Shown: one piece after another, positions 1 to 8,369 of the stretch
Layout: the number at the start of each line of letters is the position of its first letter
Numbering within the stretch: the first letter of the stretch is position 1
Source of the DNA: an uncultured delta proteobacterium
GTDB lineage: Bacteria > Myxococcota_A > Polyangia > Fen-1088
Assembly: GCA_963849735.1 (NCBI GenBank)
Contig: CAWKJE010000003.1
Span: 67,595-131,594, forward strand
Length of the DNA: 64,000 nucleotides
Reading direction: 5' to 3'
The notes under the pieces: generated by a model
Databases searched by the model: none
What the model was told of the DNA's origin: nothing
The model's input: the letters and a program-made list of their open reading frames with translations, nothing else
Position numbers and translations under genes: made by a program

Positions 1-633
1 CGATGGGGTCGTTATGGCGAACCTGACCTTCTGCTCGTGCTCCAAGACGAGCACGATGTTGCTGCGCGCGCGATCCTGATCGAGGCAAAGCTGTATTCCC
101 CCAAGAGTGGGTCGGCAGGGGAGGACGACTCCAGCGTAGCCAACCCTGAAGTACCGGATCCGGACCAACTCGTCCGCTACTGGCAGGGACTTAGCACTCG
201 CTACGCTGGCGTCGAGCGCACCATCATCTACCTGACCTCTCACGGGGTGCCGCCTGCCGCCGAGTTGGTCGAGTCACTACGGCGGGAACCGTCGATGAGG
301 CTCGCGTGGCTCTCATGGCGAGACATCTGGAGGATCGCAGACCAGGCGGCGAAGAACAGCCTGGCCGCTCAAGATCTCGCAACCCTGCTGCGCCACAAGG
401 GTCTCTACTCCTTTTCCGGATTCTCGGATTTGAATGCTTTGATGCCAGTCCGAGCCAGTGCCCGCTACTGGCTCGGTCGTCATTGGTTCGCACAACTAGG
501 ACTGTCGATGTCACTGCCGTCCGGGGTGTTCCGTGGTAATACGTGGTTCAGGAGTTCGGTGCCCGATGTCGGCTCCGGACGTTTTCTAACCGGGGCGGCC
601 ACGGCATCCGACAAGGGGTTGAGGGGAAGATGA
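1..633 (+). CDS. PD-(D/E)xK-type nuclease family protein, C-terminal part (5' end outside window)
   Basis: Frame 1 is open from base 1. Motif 'GEPDLLLVLQDEHD...AILIEAKLY' fits the PD...(D/E)xK nuclease signature. Stop TGA 631-633 overlaps the ATG of the next gene (ATGA). Confidence 0.4.
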   Translation, partial: RWGRYGEPDLLLVLQDEHDVAARAILIEAKLYSPKSGSAGEDDSSVANPEVPDPDQLVRYWQGLSTRYAGVERTIIYLTSHGVPPAAELVESLRREPSMRLAWLSWRDIWRIADQAAKNSLAAQDLATLLRHKGLYSFSGFSDLNALMPVRASARYWLGRHWFAQLGLSMSLPSGVFRGNTWFRSSVPDVGSGRFLTGAATASDKGLRGR

Positions 634-1193
634 CCCAAGAAACTGTAGGCCAGTCCGCCAAACACGTTGTCAGGTTCCTTCGGGAGCTTCACTCGGACGT
701 CGCTGCAATGGTGCGCAGCCTCGATGGTCTGTTCGAAAAGCGTGGGTGGATTCCGCCACCCAGATACCAAAACAAGATCGCAGAGGAGCTTTCGAATGGT
801 CTCTCGGGAAGCGATGGCTGGGTACTTTCCTCGCTCTACCGCATGTATGTGCCCGCAACCGAGGTCGAGACCATTCGGCAGGCAGTGCTCCTCCAGGTGG
901 ACTTTGCGCCTGCGGCGTTCGACCACGCGGTTGTATTCGTAGGCGTGGCAAGGTTCGATGCGCCCGTAACCGCCGACATCATTTGGAATGGGTGGCGATC
1001 CTCAGAAGCCGTCGAAGCCTATTTGGCGGGTGTCCAAGATGCCACCGGATCGCTGCCACGCGAGACATGGCGCGAAGACGTCGCTCCACGAGCCGCCGAG
1101 ATGATCGGCTTCGTGTTGCCGTTGGATGGGCTCACGGACGAGAGACTGCTGGGTTCCTCGGTGGTGGATCCGGCGCTTCGCGCGCTCGAGTAG
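630..1193 (+). CDS. hypothetical protein (187 aa), translationally coupled to upstream nuclease gene
   Basis: ATG at 630 preceded by GGGGAAG RBS. ATGA overlap with the upstream stop. No recognisable motif. Confidence 0.5.
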   Translation: MTQETVGQSAKHVVRFLRELHSDVAAMVRSLDGLFEKRGWIPPPRYQNKIAEELSNGLSGSDGWVLSSLYRMYVPATEVETIRQAVLLQVDFAPAAFDHAVVFVGVARFDAPVTADIIWNGWRSSEAVEAYLAGVQDATGSLPRETWREDVAPRAAEMIGFVLPLDGLTDERLLGSSVVDPALRALE

Positions 1194-2183
1194 AAGTCCG
1201 CTGGAGCCATTCGGTCCCCATGCCGATTCCGGTTCTCCTGTTTGATTGCCTCGGCAAGTCACTGTACTGGAGATAGATGTACGGGCATCCTTGATGCGGA
1301 TCTCTTCGCGACGCATGACGACCTCGGAATCGAGGCGATGGCGCTCCGCCAAGGAGATGACGTAGAGCGCGCCCGTATTGGCATGCTTGGGCCAGGACGG
1401 AGGCAAGGGGACGGAGAAGTGGGATGCGGGCATGGTGGTATTGGCAGATTGGATCTGCTCGAAGGGCAGCCGGGTAGCCGGGGGGGGTGTCGCTTAGCCG
1501 GTCGGCCACAACGGTGCTCGAAAGTCCCGCCGGAAGGGAGCGGGGAAGCGGAGATGCAACTGATGCAAAGCCGTGATTTGATGGCAAAATCTCGGTGCCA
1601 TGCTGGCTGGGTCAGAGCGGGGGATGACATGGAGAAATTCGGTGCCCGGCTCACCAGATTTGTCTTGGTCGAGGAGGACGGCTTCAGTGCCGGTGGCCCG
1701 GAAATTTTTTGTCGGTGGCTGAAAATCACGGCCGCCCTGCTAATCAAGTGACAAAGCTCGCTTTGCTCGGCGCTTTTGGCGCCCCTGGATTCCCAGTGCT
1801 TGCCCGTGATGAAGGCTCCCTATGGGCTGCAAGGCACCCCTGCCCGGCATTTTTTGGCCACGACCGACACGGGGATTTTTGGGCCACCCGTCAACGTGGA
1901 CGGTGAGGTACGAACCCCATCGCAGGGTAGCGCGGCAGCGTTCGCGTCCGACCATCGAGCCAGAGGGCCGCTTCGGCGGATCGGGATTCTCGTGCAGGTG
2001 GGCGAGCACTGGTCGAAGAGCAGGTCGCCGGCAGACGGATGATCCGCTCTGGGCCGTTCGGTCCCGAGGCGTCCTCGCAGGTCCCGGCGTCGAGGGTCAG
2101 CTCGTCGTTGACGCGTACTTGAAGGCGGCTGGCAGTGCAGGATGGAGAAGGTGTCTGCATCTCGAGGCCACCAGCATTTGCCG

Positions 2184-4316
2184 TCACGCCCAGCGTGAAG
2201 GCCGAAGATCAAGTGCAAGTCTTCTGGCTTCCTCTTGGTCCAGAATCCGGGCGTCGACGCGTCCTCGCTGGTCGCGGGCGAGGCGAGCGCCCGGTCTCCC
2301 AAGCAAGATCGAGTGCCATCGCTGGCGCGCCACGAGCTGGTGCAGCATCCTCTCGTCGTAAGTTCCTCGCACAAGGGTGAAGTACACGTTGACTGGCTCT
2401 TTCAAGATACGCCCGAGCCTGTCGGAGCGGCCCTCGCGCTGCTCCATCCGAGCCGGATTCCACTCGATGTCAAAGTGTACCAGGTGAGCGCTGAAGCTGT
2501 GGAGGTCGATGCCCTCTGAACCGACGTTGCTGGCCACGAGCGCCCACGGTGCAAGTGGACTACGGAACGCCTCGCCAGCAGCATCTCGGTCGCGGCGATC
2601 GTCGTGACCGGTGTAGGTTCGCACGACCCCGAAGTTGCCTATCGCCGCAATGGTTGCCTGGACGCCACGCCTCTCCTCTCGCCGGAGACGCGCCCACCAG
2701 CCCCCATCTCGGTCGGCGCTGAGCACTGCCGCGAGCCCTGCCAGGCGACGCTCCAGGTCAACCAGCACGAGGGCTTGAAACTTCCGATGACCGAACAAGT
2801 CACGCGCGAGGCCGGCGTCGGGCCTGTCAGCCATGCTCTGTAGAGCCTCGACAATGGCGCCGGCGTCGGAGCTGGCTGCAAGGTGTTCATCGTTTTCGAT
2901 CAACCGCTCCACGGCTCGACGGACGCGAATGACACCGCTCGGTGCAGCCCTGGCCATAACGCGCCAGGCGCGTCGACCACGGACCACCTGCCATGCCTCG
3001 TCGATTGCCGCCGACAGCGACTCCTGAAGCTCGCGCGCGGCCCTTCCCACGAAGCTGGTGAAGATGAGCATCTTGCGGGGAAACCCGTCTTCAGCGGCTC
3101 GGACGAGATCTATCTCGGCTTGGGCTCGCGCCCATCTCTCAAGCGCAGCGAGGCGGGCAGACTGGGGCGGGCCGCTGTTTCGAGTCCCAGCGCTCCCGGC
3201 TTGCGCTGGCGTTGACAGGGCCTGCCTGAGCTTGTTCGGCACGAAGGTGCGTGGCCCATCCGCGAGAGCAAGCCGCCGTCGGAGGTACCAGGTCTCAAAT
3301 TTCTCGGTCGGCCCGATCAGGGAAGGGAGTAGCTCCTTCAGCTCTTGCTCCCGCATTTGATCGGGGGCTTTGATGCACGACGCAACTCCGTCCTCGGCGA
3401 TGAGGTGATAGCGCCTTCCGGCAGTCCGGACATTGCTGCGGACGAGGGCTTGACCAAGCGTTCGCTCCGCTCCGCGCTTGAGGGCTCGATAAGGTTCATC
3501 TCCTCCGCGGAAGAACTCAGCCAACGCCGCCACGAAATCTCGCACTGGTGGGCGGGAAAGCACGCGATGCGCCCCATGGCTCCCGTCGATAATCGCTCCG
3601 AAGATCTGGTGGAGCTCGCGAGGTTCGAGCTGGAACGGTGTCGCGGTCAGCAGCAACGCTGCTCGCACCCGTCTCGACCAGTTGGCGATGGTCTCCATCG
3701 CCTCGCGCGCCTCGCGATGGTGTGCTTCGTCCACGATGAGCACATCCCATGGCTGGGACCTCAACGCGGCAAGCCGGCTGCGGCCTGAACCCACCTTCTT
3801 CCGGAGCACGTTCCAGTTGCAGATGTACGTGCCAGCGGGCACCTCGACTCGAGCCCGCCGAATGGTTCCGGACGGAAGGTCGTCGAGATCGCCGCGCCGC
3901 CGGATCTCGTAGGGCTCCGTTAGGGTGTCGGCGACGAAGGCGCGCCGAGCGCGGCGAGCAGCCCAACGTTGCAGGTGTGCGGAGAACCCTTCTGGATCCC
4001 GGACCTCGCGAGACCATTTGGAGACGAGGCCCGGTGGGCAAAGAACGAGGACGCGTGCGGCCTGCTTCCGGATGTTCTGGCGGCGCCCGCCCTCCGATCG
4101 CTCCTTGCTCCGCTCCACGAGGATGAGGGCGCTCGCCGCTAACGCCTCCCACGTCTTGCCGAGCCCGACGCCGTCTGCCAACACCGCCCCGTACTGTTCG
4201 ACCCAGGTCCGACCGGTGTCAAACCGTCGCCCACGCGCATCGGCGAGCCTGCGTCTCACCCAGATCGCAACCTCTTCCTGATGGGCGAGCCCTGTTGAGA
4301 TCGTGTTGCGGCTCAT
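2184..4316 (-). CDS. SNF2-family (SF2) helicase, compact 710 aa
   Basis: Motif I 'DGVGLGKT', motif II 'LIVDEAHH', motif III 'LLLTATP'. C-terminal helicase motifs 'GSEGIDLH' and 'HFDIEWNPARMEQREGRSDRLGR' (SNF2 motif VI). ATG at 4316 overlaps upstream stop (ATGA). Confidence 0.85.
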   Translation of the reverse strand: MSRNTISTGLAHQEEVAIWVRRRLADARGRRFDTGRTWVEQYGAVLADGVGLGKTWEALAASALILVERSKERSEGGRRQNIRKQAARVLVLCPPGLVSKWSREVRDPEGFSAHLQRWAARRARRAFVADTLTEPYEIRRRGDLDDLPSGTIRRARVEVPAGTYICNWNVLRKKVGSGRSRLAALRSQPWDVLIVDEAHHREAREAMETIANWSRRVRAALLLTATPFQLEPRELHQIFGAIIDGSHGAHRVLSRPPVRDFVAALAEFFRGGDEPYRALKRGAERTLGQALVRSNVRTAGRRYHLIAEDGVASCIKAPDQMREQELKELLPSLIGPTEKFETWYLRRRLALADGPRTFVPNKLRQALSTPAQAGSAGTRNSGPPQSARLAALERWARAQAEIDLVRAAEDGFPRKMLIFTSFVGRAARELQESLSAAIDEAWQVVRGRRAWRVMARAAPSGVIRVRRAVERLIENDEHLAASSDAGAIVEALQSMADRPDAGLARDLFGHRKFQALVLVDLERRLAGLAAVLSADRDGGWWARLRREERRGVQATIAAIGNFGVVRTYTGHDDRRDRDAAGEAFRSPLAPWALVASNVGSEGIDLHSFSAHLVHFDIEWNPARMEQREGRSDRLGRILKEPVNVYFTLVRGTYDERMLHQLVARQRWHSILLGRPGARLARDQRGRVDARILDQEEARRLALDLRPSRWA

Positions 4317-5383
4317 TTCGCCCTCGAAGCGCGGTTGGGTGAGTTGAGATACTCGACGAGCGCGCGCCGTACGTGTGTCGGGATGCCCAGTTTCGCAACC
4401 TGCGCGCAGAGGAGGTCGAGTCGCGCCTTCGCGTAGGCCGAGCCAGCGGCGGCCGCAGCGATTCTCTTGCGAAGAACCGCCACCGCGACCGCCAGCCGAT
4501 CCAGCTGGCCTTCGTGCTTGGCCTCGGTCAGCGCCTGCACGTCGCCATCGTCCTCATCGAATGTGTCGTCGCTCTGCTCATCGCCAGGCTTGACTTTCTC
4601 GCCGGCTCTCCGAGCGGGCCAGAGTCCCAGCTCCTCCCAGACAAGATCGAGGAGCGCGCCATCCGGGGTTCCGTGATCGCGGGCGGCCAGAGGGACAACT
4701 ACCGGGAATGGGGAGAACGCCTTGCCAACGCGCTCCCACAAGATTCCGCCCCAGGAGTCGCTGCTTCTCGACGACGCGGACTTTCCGAACAGCGAATGCA
4801 TCTGCCTTCGGTCTTCGATCCATCCGACCCTTCGAGTGACGCGGACTTGCACGAGTTTGCTCTTCGGTGCCGCTGCAATCTCCACGGTTCCCTGACGAAG
4901 CATGGGGACTTCTATTCGCAAGCTCGGTCCCGCGCTGCCTTCGGAAATCTCACCCGCCAGGACCACGCCGGCCGGCTGAACGGGGGCGTGCGCAGCGGTG
5001 ACCGCAAAGGTCTTGTCCGCGGGCTCGAAAAGGTCGGCTAGGTCACTGCGCAGAGCTGCAACCTCGGCCGTCCCGAGCTTCGACGCCACCAGTAGCTCGA
5101 CGTTGCCACCGCCAGCGACGGCCCGTGTCAGCGCCGGGTGCGTGCAGTTCGCGCTCCCGAAGAACAACCTACTGCCCGCAGCTGAGTCTTCGATCAGGTA
5201 TGCCTTCGCGTGGACGCGAGTCGGTCGTCTCTCGAGATTCTGCCTCTCCCTCGTCTGCCGACTGCTCGCTCTTGCCTCGGGGGGAGGGCTTCTCCACGCG
5301 GATGTGAACCCGGTTGCCATCGCCCAAGTTTGGGCCGCGTCCGTTCCGTCCTTCCGTGAAGACGGCGATGCGTGAGGCGCCAA
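4313..5383 (-). CDS. PLD-family nuclease, C-terminal HKD half; N-terminus is in another frame, probably one frameshifted gene with 5169-6128
   Basis: HKD motif 'HAKAYLIEDSAAGSRLFFGSANCT' at codons 58-81, about nt 5212-5141, inside the region overlapped by the upstream ORF tail. Stop overlaps helicase start. No credible in-frame start downstream of the overlap. Confidence 0.55.
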   Translation of the reverse strand: MAPHASPSSRKDGTDAAQTWAMATGFTSAWRSPPPEARASSRQTRERQNLERRPTRVHAKAYLIEDSAAGSRLFFGSANCTHPALTRAVAGGGNVELLVASKLGTAEVAALRSDLADLFEPADKTFAVTAAHAPVQPAGVVLAGEISEGSAGPSLRIEVPMLRQGTVEIAAAPKSKLVQVRVTRRVGWIEDRRQMHSLFGKSASSRSSDSWGGILWERVGKAFSPFPVVVPLAARDHGTPDGALLDLVWEELGLWPARRAGEKVKPGDEQSDDTFDEDDGDVQALTEAKHEGQLDRLAVAVAVLRKRIAAAAAGSAYAKARLDLLCAQVAKLGIPTHVRRALVEYLNSPNRASRAK

Positions 5384-6128
5384 GCGCGCGCTTCAGCTTG
5401 CGCAGCACACTTGGATCGACGCCCTCTGGTGATGCGGCTGCGGAGTGCCAAGGCGAGAGGACTGTAAGCTCTGGTGCATTCGCAACACGGCCTTGGCCGC
5501 TCCGCGTCGCCGCCATTTGGTCGACGAGAGCGACGTTGAGCGAATCGAGAAGCCCGCTTGGGTCTTGGCGAATTCCCGCCAGTGCCACGGCGACAAACTC
5601 GCGTGCGGACTCCGGCAGCAGAAGATGCTTGTGCCTCACCAGCCGGTCCAGGAAGTGCGCCGCGCCGCCGAGCAGCCGCCGCCCAGTCTCCGTGTCGTTG
5701 TCGGCAAACAGCATCATCTCAAGGTTGCCCCCGAGTCCACCGGACGTCAGGTTCGCGGAGCCAACGCCCACGAGATAGCGGCTGCCTGCGGTCAGCAGCA
5801 CGAGCTTCGGGTGAAAGACGCCGCCTCGAGGGCATCTGACGGGCGAGACCTGATAGCGGCCAAACCGTCGTGGGCCGATCTGCCGGAGATGAGCCTGCAG
5901 CGCGCCTGCGTCGGCGGCGACGAGCGTGCGGAACTGGCGTCCGCGGCGCGTAAGCTCTGGGAAGAGGACGGCCTCGAACCGCTCGACATCGAAGTCGTAC
6001 GTACAAAGGATCGCTCGCCTAGGAGCGGCAGATCCGTATCGGGAAATAAACGCTCGGAGAACGTCGGCTGTCCGCTGCCATCTGAGGCTGCTTGCCGTGC
6101 GCGCCACCTCAGAGCCCTCGCAGGTCAT
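5169..6128 (-). CDS. PLD-family nuclease, N-terminal HKD half (likely 5' part of a frameshifted two-HKD gene)
   Basis: ATG at 6128 ('MTCEGSEV...'); the ORF's first ~112 codons upstream look like noncoding low complexity. HKD-like motif 'HPKLVLLTAGSRYLVGVGSANLTSGG' around nt 5813. The C-terminal ~45 codons (5304-5169) are low-complexity and overlap the second HKD frame. Confidence 0.55.
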   Translation of the reverse strand: MTCEGSEVARTASSLRWQRTADVLRAFISRYGSAAPRRAILCTYDFDVERFEAVLFPELTRRGRQFRTLVAADAGALQAHLRQIGPRRFGRYQVSPVRCPRGGVFHPKLVLLTAGSRYLVGVGSANLTSGGLGGNLEMMLFADNDTETGRRLLGGAAHFLDRLVRHKHLLLPESAREFVAVALAGIRQDPSGLLDSLNVALVDQMAATRSGQGRVANAPELTVLSPWHSAAASPEGVDPSVLRKLKRALGASRIAVFTEGRNGRGPNLGDGNRVHIRVEKPSPRGKSEQSADEGEAESRETTDSRPREGIPDRRLSCGQ

Positions 6129-7395
6129 TCGCGACCCTGCTGAACGCAGCCATCCGGTACGCATGCGGGCGAACGAGCGTCGGGATCGACCACCCTTCGC
6201 CCGCATCGCGGGCGATCTCGAACTGCCCCGAGCCGACTTCTCGCACCCACGCGTCATCGCCCTTGGCAGACCGATGCCGTGCCAGCAGCATCGCCAGCCC
6301 ATCGGCGACCCGTGAGCTCGGGCCTTTGCTCTTACTGATGAAGATCCGAGCGAGCTCGAATGCACTGGGATCTGGTAGCTGTGTCCCGCTGTCGCGCAAT
6401 CGATCGTTGAGCCGAAGCGCAAGGCGGAGCGATGCGATTCCCAGGGCGAGTGAGGCTGTCTCATCCGTCAACGCAATTGCGCCAAGAGGAGGGACCGGGT
6501 GTTCTCGGGACAAGAGGTGTGCGAGGTCGCGTTCAACATGACGCTGGCGTCCGGCATCGATGGAGCGCACCCAAACAGTGAATAGTGTGTTCAGGCCCAC
6601 GGACAGCCGCTCCCACACCGCAGCCGCTCTCAGCGTCTGGAGGGGTTCGGGCAGCGTTGGCGGCCGGCGACCCTCGTAGCGCGGCAAGACCGTCTCGGGG
6701 CTGAGTCCTTCACGCGAGAAGACGGGACGAATCTCGCGGGCAAATGCCGCTCTCCGCGTTCGTACATCTGAGGATTCGAGGTCGAGGCGGCCACGGATTG
6801 AGAGCCCGAGGACGTCCCGAATCTGGCGGCGCTCGTTCGATGAGATCGCCGAGAGGCAAGCTCGACCAGGAAGTTGGCTGCTAGGGCCCTTGCGATGACG
6901 GACGTCCTTGCGGAATAACTTCGCTGCGTCGACGCCTGCGTCCGTGAGCGAAAAACGCGGGGCCCCCTCGATAAGTCCCAGAGCGACCATCGAAGCCCGG
7001 TAGGCACGCCAGGCAGGCACCTTGTACACGTGACGAGGATCTGCCGGTATCCGGTCACGAGGAAGCGTGCGGATGTTGCGGGAGCCAACGAACTGGCAGG
7101 ACTCGGCGTGGCTCGCGTCTTCGTCGGACAGGAGCGCCTCGGCGAACACGAGCGCGACCTCGTAGCGATGGATTCGGTGTTCATCGTAATCATGGCCGCT
7201 CTCGTCACGGGCCCACGCTAGGAACGTGAAGTAGCGCGCGCGTGTGGTCAGGACCGAAAGCCCAGGGAGCAAACGGTCGGCGAGCCTGTCTGCGACCGCC
7301 TGAAGCGCGAGGGCGTCGGTCGCCCTGGAGCGAAGTGGATCGGGCTCAACCCATGCTGGCAAGACGCCGGAGAGCACCCCCCCATCATAAACCAC
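6109..7395 (-). CDS. hypothetical protein (428 aa), first gene of helicase/PLD operon
   Basis: Long ORF with GTG start at 7395. Stop at 6109 overlaps the start of the PLD gene (6128). No recognisable motif. Confidence 0.55.
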   Translation of the reverse strand: MVYDGGVLSGVLPAWVEPDPLRSRATDALALQAVADRLADRLLPGLSVLTTRARYFTFLAWARDESGHDYDEHRIHRYEVALVFAEALLSDEDASHAESCQFVGSRNIRTLPRDRIPADPRHVYKVPAWRAYRASMVALGLIEGAPRFSLTDAGVDAAKLFRKDVRHRKGPSSQLPGRACLSAISSNERRQIRDVLGLSIRGRLDLESSDVRTRRAAFAREIRPVFSREGLSPETVLPRYEGRRPPTLPEPLQTLRAAAVWERLSVGLNTLFTVWVRSIDAGRQRHVERDLAHLLSREHPVPPLGAIALTDETASLALGIASLRLALRLNDRLRDSGTQLPDPSAFELARIFISKSKGPSSRVADGLAMLLARHRSAKGDDAWVREVGSGQFEIARDAGEGWSIPTLVRPHAYRMAAFSRVANDLRGL

Positions 7396-7416
7396 AAGAG
7401 ACGACCGCCAACCGAG

Positions 7417-8263
7417 ATGTTTCGCACTCGGTTTGGCTTGTGCGTTGGGCGTGCGCCCTGGAGGCTGGCAGCGTTGCGCGGTCTTCGGGGAGCCGCACTA
7501 CCTGGCCACACCCTGGTGGTCTACGATCCGGACACTCTCCTGGTGGTTGACTTGGTGCCGTGCGAAGACGGCCACGCCCAGGAACGGACCCTCGTTCCCG
7601 CGGTCATGGGTACCGTGAAGAAAGGTCAGCTCTGGATAGCGGACAGGAATTTCTCGACCAGGGCCATCATGGCCGACATCGACCGGGCTGGCGGCGCCTT
7701 TGTCATTCGGGAACATGCCGCTTCACCGAACCCGACCGAGCTCGGCTCGGCGCATAGGAAAGGGCAGACTGACTCCGGGGACTTCTACGAGCAGGCAGTT
7801 GAGATTGGTCTCGAGGACGGCACGACCATGGCTTTGCGCCGCATCGAGGTGCGACTGAAAACCCCGACGGAAGACGGCGAGACGGTCATCTGGATCCTGA
7901 CCAACCTGCCCAAGAGGCTCGGGGCTGAAGTCGTAGCGGAGGCGTATCGGCATCGATGGAAAATCGAGAACAGGTTCCAGTGGCTGGAATCGGTCCTGGA
8001 GAGCGAGATACGCACCCTGGGATATCCCCGGGGCTGCGCTGTTCGCGTTCTCGGTGGCGGTACTTGCCTACAATGTCTTGAGCATCATCCAAAGCGCGAT
8101 CGAAACTGCTCACGACATCCAACCCGGGAAAAGTGAACAGATCTCGCTCTATTACGTCGTCAACGAGATCAAGACCACATACGAAGGAATGGTCATTGCC
8201 GTGCCGGAGGAAGAATGGGATGGGTGCCGGTCAATCTCCCCCAAGCAGGTCGCCCAAGGGTGA
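7417..8263 (+). mobile_element. IS4-family DDE transposase remnant (5'-truncated and frameshifted pseudogene)
   Basis: 'WIADRNF' (second D region) and 'YRHRWKIENRFQWLE' (YxxRxxxE signature). The N-terminal ~150 aa including the first D are missing. Reading frame shifts near 8030-8054 (CCCCGGGG run); the expected continuation 'AALFAFSVAVLAYNVLSII...' lies in the 8054-8263 frame. Confidence 0.65.
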
Positions 8264-8369
8264 TGCCCACAGCGCTGTTGAACTTTAAGGGGTAGCGGCG
8301 GCTCCCTGACCGGCCCGAAGATAGGGCTTGTTCAGGACCAACAGTCCCCGAGGGGACAAGGAGCCGCCG

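Noticed and set aside
1002-2380. Overlapping ORFs 1002-1433(-), 1242-1751(+), 1259-1747(-), 1740-2009(-), 1820-2374(-), 1822-2361(+)
   Set aside because: Mutually overlapping on both strands with Arg/Gly/Pro-rich low-complexity translations and no RBS or motif. They are typical high-GC spurious ORFs. One would also overlap the convergent stop of the 630-1193 gene by ~190 nt.
2209-4280. Many antisense/off-frame ORFs inside the SNF2 helicase gene (for example 3517-4152, 3749-4126, 2883-3215)
   Set aside because: They are embedded in a gene with clear helicase motifs in another frame and have Arg-rich junk composition.
2184-7395. Assigning the helicase/PLD operon to DISARM, Mokosh or a type III R-M system
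   Set aside because: No methyltransferase, DrmA or DrmB (DUF1998) gene is present. The helicase is SNF2/SF2, not the SF1 Upf1-like helicase of Mokosh. No Mod subunit is present for a type III system. Only the generic helicase+PLD theme is shared.
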